A DNA stretch of 64,000 nucleotides from Camelus ferus (Eukaryota), in contig NC_045697.1 in NCBI RefSeq assembly GCF_009834535.1, positions 102,178,001 to 102,242,000 of the forward strand, in the 5' to 3' direction. Position numbers and translations under genes: made by a program. Numbering within the stretch: position 1 is the stretch's first letter; each line of letters opens with the position of its first letter. Shown here in pieces: positions 33,262 to 46,844 of this stretch. The notes beneath the pieces are model-generated. The model was not told where the DNA came from. It worked only from the letters and a program-made list of their open reading frames with translations, and did not search any database.

Positions 33262-34680
33262 AAAAAAGTTGAAGTATAGTTGATTTACAGGGTTGTGTTC
33301 GTTTCTGATGTACAGAACAGTGATCCTCTTACATTTATTTTTTATTGAAATGTAACACATACATTTGAAGTGTGCAGTTTGATGGAACAGTTATACACAT
33401 ACACGCACACACACACACATACACACGTGTGTGTGTGCGTGTGTGTAACCACTACTCAATTCAAGACATGGAAACTTTTCAACACTCCCACTGTTTCTTT
33501 CTTGCTTATTCCAGTCAATACCTATCCTGCGTTGAGGTAACAACTACTCTGATTTCCAACACTGTTTTTTTTTTAAATTTTATTTGTTTGTTTGTTTTAA
33601 TGGAGGCACTGGGGATGCCATCCAGGACCTCATGCGTGCTAGGCATGCGCTCTACCGCTGAGCTATACCCTCCCCCTGATTTCTAACACTGTTGATTAGT
33701 TCCGTCTGGTCCTGCACTTCATAGAAGTTAAATGACATAGTATGAACTCTTTTGTGTCTGGAATTTTCCCCTTTAACCTGAAGTCTGAAAGGTTGACTCA
33801 GGCTGATTTTGCATGGAAAAGTAGATCTTCTATAGCACTGTGATTATCCAGCTGATTCAGCACCCTTTATTGAAAAGACCATTTTTTCTCAGCTTGGCGT
33901 TTCTTTATTGAGGGTAATGTGTGTTTTTGTCCTTTGGCTCCTTTAAAGGTTTTCTCTTTGCGTTAGATTTTCAAGAATTTTATTATATGTGTCTCTGTGA
34001 TTTTCTTAGGGATCCGAGCTTCTTAAATTTGTCAGTTGATATTTTTAGCAGTTTCAGAAAATCCTGACCATTATCTTTCAAATATTGTTTCTCTGTTCCC
34101 TCTAGGGTTTTGATTATGCATACATTAGACTTTTAAACTATTACTCACACATGTGAGTTTTTCCCCATTCCCTTTTTTCGTACCATGCTTCAGTATTGGA
34201 TTCTATCTAATGACCTTGGATAATCCTTCATCTGCTATGTTTAATCTGTTGTTAACTTTAGTCCTATATATAGTCCTGTATCATGAGTTCTTTGATGGTG
34301 ATTTTGCATTTTTAATTCAGAATGCACGTTTAATTCTTTTATAGATCCCAATTCACAGTTGAAATTCTGCTTATTTTCATGTGTCCTGTGTACCTTTTAC
34401 TCTGATTTCTTGAATGTACTAATCATAGTTATTCTAATGTCCTTGTCTGCTGACTGTAGTATCTAGACATTACCTATTTTTATTATGATAAAATATGCAC
34501 AACATAAAATTTACCATTTTAGTAATTTTTAAGTTTACATTTGAATGGCATAATTAGGTGCATTCACATTGTTGTACAACCATCAGCTCTTATTTTTTTA
34601 AATGTTGATTATTTGCCACATTTTCCTGCCTCTTTGCACGCCTAATAATTTTTTTTTTCTTTTGTGCAGGGCATTGACCT
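33262..34680 (-). mobile_element. Cluster of old L1 fragments
   Basis: ttgaagtatagttgatttaca; aaccactactcaattcaagacat; aacataaaatttaccatttta...cattcacattgttgtacaaccatc. Confidence 0.65.
33565..33675 (-). mobile_element. Vic-1-like SINE with 16-bp TSD, inserted in an old L1
   Basis: Minus strand GGGGAGGGTATAGCTCAGCGGTAGAGCGCATGCCTAGCACGCATGAGGTCCTGG. TSD ctgatttccaacactg (33549-33564) / ctgatttctaacactg (33676-33691). Confidence 0.9.
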
Positions 34681-35829
34681 TAACTTTGAAGCTTCCCATC
34701 CCTGTAGCTTCAGTGGAGGTGTCTTGAGGAAGAGATTCATCATGGTTTGTTGCAAGCCCCTTCCCTCCGGTAGGGTTTTGTTCTGTTTTTCCAACTTAAC
34801 TCCCCAGACTCCTGTGCCGTTCTAGAACTCAGCAAGTGTCCTGTGAGAGAAAGCAGATTTGTGGTTGGGCTCATCTAGTTTCTAATCTGTTATGCCAGCT
34901 CTGATTAACCACCAAAAGCTCTGGTAGTTTTTTTCTCCCCTGTTCACAACGTAATGTCCCCATGGAAGAAATCAACAAATGGGTAAACTCTGCTAGCGAA
35001 AGAAAAGATCCCCTCTGTGTGACTGTGTAGCCCCCTCTTACCTCTCGTATCTGAACACAATTATGATGCCAACAAGAGAATTTTCCTGATATGTCCATCT
35101 TTTCCCCAGTGTGCCAAATTTGGAAGAGTAATTGTATCATATGTCTCAAGTGTCAGTGAGCAGTCAAGGATCACTTTTAGTGACAGACCTCCAATTTCTT
35201 AAAAACGATGGTATTTTATAAAATACAAACAGGTGGTATTTTATAAAATTCAGGGATTATAGATCCCAGTATCTCTTCTATTTTTCTCTTTCTTGGCTGT
35301 ATTCTTGGGATCAGAAGACAGAAATTGAGTGGTTTGCTGTAGGTGCAAATATAAGTGAGCTTCTCTGGGCCCTGAGAGCCACCTGAACCCAAAACAGTAG
35401 ATTTCTTTTCAGCTTATAATACCACGAGATGCCTATTACATTGTTACTCTGTTGGCTCTGTTATTCTTGCTTCTGACAAATCTAGAATATTAATGAGAAG
35501 TTATTGACTGCTAACCAAGTATCAGGCATTTTCTTGGGTGATGTATTAATCCTCACCGTGATTCTACAAAGTAAGCACCATTCCCCTAGCATGTGGTAGA
35601 GCCAGGATTTGAACCCAAGCAGTATGTCCCCAAGGCCCAGGTTGATATTCAGTATTACACTCCCTCCTGCTACACCAGACCACATAGTGAAAAGTCAGTT
35701 AGCTTGGTCTGGAGGGGCAGGGACAACTCAGATACTAAGATAAGGACATTGTTTCCTAGTTGCCCACAGGAGTAGGTATAGAGGCTTTAAATAGAGTTCT
35801 CTCTGTGCCCTGAGGCAGGTGTGTACTGT

Positions 35830-36500
35830 TCAGAGGAGTGAACTTGACTCCTTATGACTGGGGAATAGAGGGTGAGAGGTGAGGGTGGTAGCAGGTGATA
35901 TGAACAAAGACTGGTTGGTGGGATCATAAACTATATCAGGCAGGGTTTGGGGTTCTGTCCTATGGACAATTGGCAAAGCCACTTAAAGCTGTGCAGTCAA
36001 GTACGCCATATTGTCCGCAGGCTGGAGAACAGATTCTAGAAACATAACACAGCTGACAAGGAGAACAGTAAGAAGGCCTTAGCAGACACTGAAGTGAGAG
36101 CTAAATCAGATGACTAAATAAGGTGGCTGTTACGGAATTAGTTGAACTGATTCAACAACTTTGGAACTTCACATGGAATGGTCTTGTGTTTAATTGGATA
36201 AGGCGGATGAGAGAGGCAGATGAAAGGGTGTTTCCAAACTTTGCAGCTTGCACGACTGGGTAAATTGTGGTCCTGTTTACAGAGATAGGAAACTCTGGAG
36301 GCAAATGAGGTTTGTGATGGAAGAGTGTGAGTTTCATTTGGGTGCACTGAATTTGAGATTTCTCTGGAAGACCCTCGTGGAGAGTTCAGGTAGGAAGATG
36401 GATGATTGAATTTGGCATTCGGAAGAGGAATCTGGACTGGAGATAGAGGCGTGGCCGTCATCAGCCTGTCCATGGAGAGGATGGAGGTACTGATGGACAG
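35830..36500. mobile_element. L2 remnant
   Basis: gagtttcatttgggtgcactgaatttgag...ggaatctggactggagatagag. Confidence 0.7.
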
Positions 36501-38229
36501 AAGACAAGTAAAAGTTTGTAATGTCTTCAGGCTGGATGGACAGTTCCCAGAATGCCTCTAAGCCTAGCCTGGGGACCTGGGGACATGAACGAGACATAGG
36601 CCATATCATCTCAACTCAGTTCCAGCATCCAGCTGGAGTCTTATAAAAATACTCTCTGTCCAGAATTCACCATTTTCTTGGAGTGCCTCCTTCCCCTTCA
36701 GAGGTGAGCTCATAGTAGACAATAGTTTCTTACGGGACCATTAATCTTGACAATGGCTGATGAGAACTTGAGCCCTTCTGATTCCCCTGCTGGAGAATAT
36801 TTTATAGAACAACACAGAGGACTGGGAGTTAGAAGCGAAGCTCCATTGATGATGGATTTCTCAGGTGAATACCAACCAGAATTTCCTGAGCTCCACTGAA
36901 CTGCCCGGGTTCCCACCCTTTCTGACGCCTGGAGTCTGTGAGGTAGCACAGCATCCTTCCAATAAATTCTCTTGTCTTAGGAGAAGCTATTTTGAAGTGG
37001 GTATGGGACACTTGTAACCAAAAGATTCTTAATTAGGACAGGCCTTCAAGTGTCTAATTAGGGAATCATGAACAGAAGGAAGCCAAGGCCGAGGCTCAGC
37101 TGGACTGGCCAGGGACCAAGACAGGAGGCTTTATAAATCTCCAGGACAGGAGGGAAGACAGCGGTGACGGCACTCCTGAAAGTCACTGCAGATCACTGGG
37201 CTTCAGATGACTGAGGGGCCTTGTGTGCTGGCTAATCCTGTGGGGCTGTGCAGCACCATCTAAACATGCCCCTTCGTCCTGTCACGGCACTCCCATGAGT
37301 GAGATGTGAGCCTGCACTGTCTCTCCCAGACAAACCCTGCTGGGTTTTTTTACTATCTGTCTAGTGTAGAAAGGATCCAATTACCCTTTAGCCTTCAAAA
37401 TATGCCAGAGGATGGTATTGGCCTTCTGTGGCTTGGAGCAAACACACATTGCATAAATCTGTTTCTCATTTATGTGGTTCAGCCGAATCGCCAGGGTTGG
37501 TTTTTTATTTCCCACCTCATAGAATGTGGCCGGACAGAAGGCCAGCATCTTTTTTATTTGGGTGTTCTACTCAGATCCTGGACACAGTGGGGAAGAAGAA
37601 GAAATTGCTGGAAAATTGGGATGTGTATCTTTACAGGACAAAAAATGGTCTCAGAAGAAGAGATGAGGAAAGAAGGTATTTTCAAAAACTCTGCTAATGT
37701 CTGTGACTAGACTTACGTACTCTCAGCTGGTATGATTTAACAAAGGAGTCAGGTCGTGATGGTTCTAATGCACTGCCTTCAATAGGAAATTTTTGACTGG
37801 GGTTAGAGTTTAAAAGAATATTCAAGAAAATGCCATGTCTCAAGAAAGAAAAAAGGTTTCAATAATGCAATAGCTCAATAGCTTTGGTAGTGATTTTAGA
37901 GATTTATGTTTAAATTTTATAGATTATAATGATTCTGCAAAATGCCATAGCTAGATAAAAATTAGAACCCAGAAATAACCGAAGAGGAATTCCTTAAAAA
38001 GGTGCAAGACTGTCAGTGAGACACCCATTTGACATCATTACTTATCTGAGGAGACTGTTTACAGTACAAAGTAAATGTCTCACTCAGGTAGTATGTATCA
38101 TTCAGTAAAGAAAGATGACTTGGGCTCTTTGTAGAGTCTTTGCCTTGGGTGAGCACGGTTGAGGAGATACCTAGGGTGTTTTGAGTAGAAGGACTCAAAT
38201 ACAGAACATACTTTGAGCTGGTTCTTCTT

Positions 38230-38769
38230 CTTCTTTTTTTTTTTTTTTTATTGAAGTATAGTCAGTTTACAGTGTGTCAATTTCTGGTACACAGCATAAT
38301 GTTTCAATCATTCATATACAAACATATATTCATTTCCATATTCTTTTTCATTATGGGTTACTACAAGATATAGAATATAGTTCCCTGTGCTATACAGAAG
38401 AAACTTGTTTATTTTATAAATAATAGTTAATATTTGTAAATCTACAAGTCCCAATTTATCCCTTCCCACCTCCTTTCCCCCACAGTAACCATAAGTTTGT
38501 TTTCTATATCGGTGAGTCTATTTCTGTTTTGTACATAAGTTTATTAGTGTCTTCTTTTTTCTTTTTTTGATTCCACATATGAGTGATTTATAGTATTTTT
38601 CTTTCAATTTCTGGCTTACTTCACTTAGAATGTTGATCTCCAGGTCCATCCATGTTGCTGCAAATGGCATTATTTTATTCTTTTTTTGTGGCTGAATAGT
38701 ATTCCATAGTATAAATATACCACAGCTTCTTTATCAAGGCATCTGTTGATGGGCATTTGGGTTGTTTGC
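38230..38769 (-). mobile_element. 5'-truncated L1 with 13-bp TSD
   Basis: Poly-T followed by ttgaagtatagtcagtttaca...ccatgttgctgcaaatggcatt. TSD gctggttcttctt at 38217-38229 and 38770-38782. Confidence 0.92.
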
Positions 38770-40217
38770 GCTGGTTCTTCTTAACCAGGCTCAGAAGAAA
38801 CTACCTTTAGTACCTTTCTTCTGGATCCCCTGAGCTACACTTTGGTTTTTTTTGTTTGTTTTTTTTCATTTATTCTGGTCTCCATTAGCCAGCATTGATT
38901 TATTTTGCGTGGACTCATATAGCTCTAACTAATAGAGGAAGGCATATATTATCAGAGAGAAGTAGCCTGAAATTCAGAATCTGAGACGATGCCACGCCTG
39001 GGACCCATGATGCACAGATTTAGCCTGGAATCAAAAAGCATCGACATCTTCGTGGCACCTGTATCTTCATGCTGGGAGAAGGTCAAGGGCCCAGCGTGAG
39101 AAGCCCCTCTCTTGTGGAGGTTGTGCTTCTGCTACGGTTATTTAATCTCAGGGAGAAGCCAAAGTGGGAGACCAGCCATGGCCCGAGGGTGTGGCTTGAG
39201 AGCAAGGGCAAGTTGGCTGGATCTTGTAACACATCCTTCAGTTTCACCAAATGAGGCTTCTACCGCAGGGACCTGGTACACGTCGTTTGCTCTGAGGCAG
39301 GGCCTCTCGAACTTTACAGCTCATGCTGGCCATGCCTTCCATCTTCCCTCAGTGCTAACCAACCCAGAAGACTTGCCTGCTTCTTACTCTCTGTCTTTGA
39401 TAGTAAGGGGACATGACTATGGTTTTTAAAAATGACACAGCGCTGTGATATTCTAGTACGTCCTCCTGGGAGGGAGATGACATGTAGTGTGGTTGCTGAA
39501 TACAGTACGTGTCTTTGACATTGTAAACTCAGAGTAGTATGGTCAGCAAGTTTAATTTACACATTTAGAAAATATTTCACAGGGTGCTACCCTTACTCTG
39601 ATAATTGCCAAAAAAGTTGTTCAGATACTCTGTTCTCCCTACTTACCCCTATATGGCAAAATTTCCCTAACCTATGCATCTCCATAGAGATGAAAAAGAG
39701 AACTTTGTATTTACCCCGTGAATGCAAAAACCATGAAAACAAATTAAGCCTTTAGCAAACACTTTCTACATATAACCTTCAGCTGATAGCTGGTGAATGG
39801 ATACCTTGTGTCAAATTAGAGGATTTTTGCTGATGTGGGAACCCTATGTTTAAAGGTGTTTACAAAACAGAGTTCCTCGGAATCTGATAAGTCTCTATTT
39901 ATTCCTTTTTTTCCAAGTGGCATAACCTTGCATTGATGGGCAAGTGCTGTTCCACAGCTCACACGCAGCATCTTGCTTATTCTTGGTTTCTTCTTCAGCC
40001 ACAGGCCCTTCATGCTTGGGTGGCAGCTCTGCATGCAGACTGGCTGCCAAGGAGTTCCCAGCTCACCACATGCTCCCATTGGAGGGCACTATTATTGTGT
40101 CTAGGTGACCATTTCTTTCTTAGAATTATCTGGCAATTAGATATTATGTGTCAAAAACCTGTTTGCACATTTTTAAAATCAGAGACTTCATTTCTAAGAC
40201 TTTATCTTATATAAAAT

Positions 40218-40422
40218 GAATAAACAAGATCTTACTGTATAGCACCAGGAACTACATTCAGTATCTTGTACTAATCTATAATGAATGAGAGTATGAAAAA
40301 GGATATATACATGTATAACCGAATCACTTTGCTGTACACTAGAAACTAACACAACATTGTATATCAACTATACTTCAATAACAAAATGTTTTTAAAAAAT
40401 AAAAAAAAAGAAAGAAAAAAAG
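40218..40422 (+). mobile_element. Short L1 3' tail
   Basis: ataaacaagatcttactgtatagcaccaggaactac...caactatacttcaataa plus A-tail. Confidence 0.85.
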
Positions 40423-43400
40423 GCTTTATGCTCTAATGCTGGCAGAGTGCAAAGAATTAGCTCCAGGGATAATAGAAAAAAAAAACCAGTTTAAATAGCC
40501 AGTAATAGAGAAATGCTTACACAAATTATCATGAAATACTATAATCAATACAAATAATGTGTAGAAGGATAGTTAATGACATGGGAAGACAGTCACAACA
40601 TACTATTAAAACTACAATTTGAAAGAGTATATTAACATTTCCATATACTGTAAAAAAATATACATTGCAAAATAATTGTCCTGTATGATCCTTTTGTAGA
40701 GAATTACCTATTTTTGTGAGTTGGTGGGAACCTGTATGTAAATATATAGAAAAAAGACCGAAAAAAATACTCTCAAATATTGAGATTTTTTTTCTCCTTT
40801 TGCTTATTAAATGTTCTACCATGAGAATACATTTCTGTTTACTAATAAAAAACCCATTATTTAAAGACTGAGTCGAAAAATGAAAACGAATCTACACTTC
40901 CTGACTTTGGAAGACCCCTCTTCTCCACAAGGAAAACAAAGCTGGTACGTTTGTTCTCTGTTTTGATCACTAGAGGTCACCAAAGTCATAAAGATTATTG
41001 GTAACTTGTTTCGCTTTCCGTTTTCATTTTGAATCACAGAGGGATGTTTCTGGCCTCTCCTGTTAGGCAGTTTTGAAGCATTTACTGGAAGACCTCTTGC
41101 TGCGTAGAGTTAAGGAGAGTAAACTGTTTGGACTAGTTTTTTTTTTTTTTTAACATTAAATATTCCTTGAAACAGACAGCCATCTATCTATGGGACTATT
41201 CAAAACAGATGGGTGTTTCTGGAGAATGTGATTTATTTCCTCCTCTGATACCAAAGGGCCTATTGGCTGATACCTGCTGAATGTGAGTTCTGAGCGCTGC
41301 TGTTGAGACAGAACCACAGAACACCCAGCAGCAGCACACACCGTTTCAAATGAAACAGCATGGACCATTTCAAGGAAAAAACGTTGTGCCTTTACTGGTA
41401 ACATGTGTGGTGTAGGAGGGCTTCAATGAAGCAGAACATTCAAGAACACCCATGGCATCTTCTGAATAACAGACCACACTACCTTTTCGCATGTTAATGA
41501 TTCTGCATTTTTTGAATTCAGCAAAAGCCCAAATCCCCAGACCCTAAAATGATGGAGAGACGGGGAAGATTGAGAAACTACTTTGGAATCCTGCAAAACC
41601 TTAAGGAAACTGTCTCACTCCTAAGGGTCATCAAGCAGAGAGAGTAAGGTAGAGTAACTGATTTCAGTGTTCTTATGTGGGCCCATTTCAGGAAGGCAGA
41701 ATTCATAGTAAAAGACGAGGTTTCCATGGTTAAACAAGGTGCAGTGTGTGGAAGGTGTCCATTTGTCAGGAGTTATCCATGGTGGACAAAGATGCAGTAG
41801 GTAAGAAGCCTCTCACCTTGTCAGTGTTTCACTTACCAAGTGAGAAATTAGTTACCTGCTCATGTGGATGAGTCTGTGCTTGAATTCCCGGGAAAACTGT
41901 GCCAACCGTTCTTTTCCATAAGAAAGCCCAGCGCTTAGATAACTGATAAATCCAAGGTCGAGGCTCTGGTACAAAACTGTAAACTAAGAGACTTCAAGCC
42001 AGTATCAACGCGACACATTTTTCAGGCTGGTTTGTTCCTTCTTCAGGGGACCTCATTGGACTTTGATCTTGGTTAACTTTGAAGTATCCAAGGTTCCCAC
42101 TTTCCATAAGTTTTTTTTTTTTTTCAAGTTAAATCAGACAGGCGGGCAAAGGAAATCTAAACCTTAAAAGAAGTGAAAACAACGAGACACAGTCAGTTAT
42201 ATATTTTCAGTACTTTGTTTAAAGTAGCACATTGCTGTACTTAAAACACTTCACATCATTGAGTTATTTATTAAGTTGTAAATAAAAGTCACATTTTCCA
42301 CTGTATCTTAGGAGACACATTTGGAAACATGTTGTCGGGAACCTGCTGTATGATTCGTGTGAAAAGTTTAGTTAAATGCAAAACTACCGACTGCAGGTCA
42401 TGCTGTCCTAGAAACTATTACCATGCAATAGCTGTTAACTTAAAGGAAATATTTATATAGAAAGTCTCATATTGAAGATCTCATATCTGAAAGCTGGTCT
42501 TTTATGGAATTTCATAGGCCATGTATTCTAAAGTCTACTGGAAACTTGGGTTTGCATTTGTATTTATAGTGATTCAGATACTTCAAAACACTCATTAAGT
42601 TTATTTCACTCTTATTACACTTCAGACTTATGGGACTATTTTCCTCATTATCATAAAGGCGATTTTACTTGATAATGAAGTATATATACACAATCACACA
42701 CATATACATGCATTTGTGTGTATAAACTTATCATTTGGGACAAAATCAGTTATGTATTGTTTCTAAAATTTGTCTTAGAAGGTATTAAGAGAGAAAATTT
42801 CTTTTCGAGTGATATATTTTACTATTATTATTATTATTATTTAAAAAAAGGATCATACACCACTATCAGGTGGGATTTATTCCAGGGATTTCTGGATTCA
42901 AGCAATTTTAAAGTTCATCCCACCCAAGTGCCTCACTCACCTAGTCACCCTCCTTTGTCTAAATCACAAAGTAGGACTTCTGTCTATTAAAGAAAACAGA
43001 AAATTGATGTTATACCAGCTCATTAGCAGAGTGTGTTCTGAGGCCATTTCAGGTTACTATTTCAGTACTCTTCCGGCAAGTAGCAAAAAGTATGAGTTTG
43101 GTCATCCAGAAGTGCTCAGTCCTCTTTTGGGTAAGTCAGATCCAGTCAGAGTACACATCTGAGGTGGTTAGTGGACATACATAATCTGGGCAGTGATGCA
43201 CATGAGAACTTGGTACAATTGAGTTACCCATGAACTTGAGAAACATTTAGAAGTGGAATGAAAACTCATATATCTTCGTCCTGTACCAGTCTTTTACCTT
43301 CCCGTGGCATAGGAAGGAAAGCCAGGAAGGAATTAATTTACTTATCTGAAATTAAGAAGTTTACGGAAGAAACATCAGAGAAGAGAATTTAGAGCTCTAA

Positions 43401-43574
43401 TGGGGATGTGGATAGACATGTAAGCCTCTCTACTTAACATAGTAAAAATTGTTACTATGGAATGAGGCATATGGTAGACGCTGTGGCTCCCATGGCTTTG
43501 ATTGTGTCCTTTGGGATGAATCTGCGGACCACCTTAGTAGGCTGGGATGTCAGAAACAGCACAGGGGCAGGCAC

Positions 43575-43875
43575 CAGATTTTGCATCTCAACACCCTGGC
43601 TTGAATCCTAGAGCTGTCTGACGCTAGGTAAGTTAGTTAACCTCTCTGAACCTCAGTTTCATTGTCAGTAAAACAGAGATAATACATGCCTTGAAGGACT
43701 TTTGTGAAGATTAAAGGAGCATCTAAATATAAAACACTAACATGCCTAGCTTGTAATAAACATTTAAGGAAAGTTTTGTTTCCTTTCATTGAAAGTTGTT
43801 GTAGGGTTAAATGACTTAATATTTGTAAAAGTACTTTGTAAGCTACAAAGTGCTGATCACACATCAGTCATTATT
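43575..43875 (+). mobile_element. MIR SINE(s)
   Basis: ctggcttgaatcc...gtaagttagttaacctctctgaacctcagtttc...gtgaagattaaa. Confidence 0.75.
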
Positions 43876-43930
43876 AATGTTACCTTTAACCTGTGTTTAG
43901 TGTGCACTTAGTTCTTTTGGGGAACTTGAG

Positions 43931-44118
43931 GCAACAAATAAATGGCCCAGAACTGATACAGGAATTCTACCAGAGAATCCAAAGCCAAATTGAAGAGAAT
44001 ATTCATTTCCTCCCAAGAAAAATCATATAATGATTTAACAAAGAGCTAACTTAATTTTTTTTGGAATAACTACCATCTCTCGTCTTCTGAACACCAAAAT
44101 ACTCCAAAGGTCGGTAAG
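43931..44118. repeat. Copy 1 of a diverged ~190-bp local duplication
   Basis: Colinear with 45467-45656 (atggcccagaa, aatccaaagccaaatt, aactac, tctgaaca, ctccaa, ggtaa). Confidence 0.8.
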
Positions 44119-45466
44119 AGAATACATAGGGTGGGAGGGAAAAGGACAAGAGAAAGACAAGATGGAAAACAGGGGCCATGGGACATTCTACCATGGGGCT
44201 GATTGAATACGGCCTGTGATCCTAATTACTCTAAAGAATGGAAAACCATTTTAAAATGTCATTTTATTTTTAAAGACACATTTATTTGACAATTAGATAT
44301 CACTAAACTGGTCTGGGAAAGGCTAGTTGTTTTAGGCTCATGATAGACTTTCTAGGAGCAGGGGACCCTTCCGGAAGTTCCTGTGTGTGTAGGAAAAGCT
44401 TAAATTGTGCAGACCGAGTCACAAGTCCATCCCGGCAAAAGCTGACCTCACTTGAGAGTTAGACCCTGAGAAAGCAGTGCCCTGGGAGAAATATTATTGT
44501 GTACCCCCGAGGAGGCACTAAAAATAGGACTCAAGTGTGTAAGTCAGCAGAGCACAGAATATATACAGGCCTCTCCTGTGAGCAGGAAGGAATTGGAATT
44601 TGTTAAATCCACGTTAATACCCTGCAGGGATGTTTCTTCATAAATCAGGGCCCTAATGTACAGTGACTTGTTCAAAGTCTTAGGAGTTACCTTAGAAGAA
44701 TCAAGGTCCTAAGTCAGTCTGATATGAAGTTACCGTGCAGCGAGTCACACCAGGAGAACCAGCGTCAGGACTGAGACAACTTGCTTTGGCACCAGGCCGG
44801 CTTGTGACTGCCTCTAACTCTGTGACTGTGGTCAACGCGCTCAGCTCCGAGCTTCAGGTTCTCCATTTAGAAGATGGAAAAATTAATAATAAATACATTG
44901 CAGTGTTGGTGTGAGGATTAAATGAGGAAATGTGCATATGGGTTTTGGCACTGGGTTCGTCAAATAAAAAGTAGCTACAACTATGAATAATATTATTAAT
45001 AAAAAACTGACCAAAAATAATCTATTGTGGGGATAGGGGCCTCCAACCAAGGGCCCTTTGCGGAAATATGTCAGGAATGCAGGGGGCTGTCCTGAAGAAT
45101 GTTCTGGGCTAATTTTAACTGAAAGTGAAAAATGACTGCTTAGATAACAGGAACCAAACAAAATGGGACTCGTTCAAATATATTCTTTGAACGTCTCTTC
45201 AAATTGTAGTTACATTAGTCTCAGTAGAAACCGCCTCAACTTAGAAGATGCATCTCTTGAACCATGGAAATTATCTCTGTGCCCATAGAAATTAAAGCAC
45301 ACACTTGTTTTTAGCTCTGGTTAAGGCGTCATTTTAAAATATGCTCTATTATATACTAGTCAGCTAGAGGGACTACATGAAAAATCCCACATTCTGGTCA
45401 ATAGCTGTAAGGTACATCCAAACTTGTACTCCATCTGTGTTTACTCCATCTCTTTGGTCACTACAG

Positions 45467-45656
45467 CCAACAAAATAGATGGCCCAGAATTGACATGAGA
45501 ATATTACCAGATAATCCAAAGCCAAATTTAATACCGCATTCATTTTTTTTTTCTGTGAGAAAAGTTTTATGATAATTAACAAAAATTAACTTTATTACTT
45601 GGAAGAACTACAATCTTTCTTCCTCTGAACATGAAAATTCTCCAATGTAGGTAACT
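45467..45656. repeat. Copy 2 of a diverged ~190-bp local duplication
   Basis: Colinear with 43931-44118. Confidence 0.8.
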
Positions 45657-46844
45657 GTTGAAAGACACAGGGAAAATGATGCATCATCTTTAACATGTGA
45701 CGTTTCCTCATTGTCTACACTTTGTCTGGTGCTGCCTGCAGTCTGTGCCAAATCAGTTGTGCAACAAAACCCCAACTAGAGTGAAAGTTCTGAGAGAGGT
45801 GGAAAAAGGAATGATGCTCACTCAGGGTAGATTTTGCCTTGATGCTGCTGAGACTTGCATCTGCAATCCTTAAATCCTCAGGGACGATTCACTGACATGG
45901 TCATTGAAAGCCATGCCTTGCTACGGTCAGCAGGTATAATTTGTTCAGGTGTCTTTTCATGAAAGCAGGTACAGTCTTTTATACATGAAATACTAGCATC
46001 CTGGTGTGCTGGAATACAGTCCTAAAAATAGAAGATAATTGTAGGAGATTATAGCTGAATAACATCAAGTTATCATTAGTGCTTCCAAGAGTAACAAATT
46101 CATTATCACAAAGTAGAGCCATGGGTAAGAGAAGACTGAAAATCGAAGGGGAGGATCAGTCTGGAAGAGAGCTGAATAAGGTTTGCACTGAGGCAGCAGC
46201 AGTGGGGCTGGAAGGAGAGGGAGGTATAAAAATAAGGGACAGAGTGTATGGAAGGGATGAGATACAGGTAATAGACTAAGCTGACTCTCTGGTTTCTGAT
46301 TGGTAGACTATGAGGATGGTGGAGCTATTCCTTGAGATGAAAAAAAAAAACAGAAAGAGAACAAGTATGGTGGGAAAGATGATGTATTTGCATTGGATAG
46401 TTGCAGCATCAGATATAATCAAAATGCAAATGGATATTAAGATTTAATTTTTCTAGACTAGCATTTAAAATAAACGGCAAACAGCTAAATATACATCAGA
46501 AATATTTGGTGCTAGAAACAGATACAATTCAGTCACATCACAGATCTGCCTTTTGTGAGTCAAAAATTTAAATTGATGAGACTACTCAGTACCATAAATT
46601 TGGAAAATAATATATAAATGTCAAAAGTGTTGAAAATGTTAATAGTTTTATTTATTTTATTTCTGAGTCTGTGCTAAGAAACTAATCACAGATACAGACA
46701 ATTGCAAAAAGATGGATACTGCAATAAATAAAGGAGCAGAAAATTAAGACCAACCTGAAAATCCAAGAATAATGTAGTCAATTAAATCATGGTACATTTT
46801 ATAGGACAGAATATTAGGTAGCCCTTAAAAATAGTTTTCTTTCT

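Noticed and set aside
35209..35250. Short tandem duplication tggtattttataaaat x2 (similar 22-bp duplication at ~53885-53935)
   Set aside because: Ordinary slippage duplications with no sign of function.
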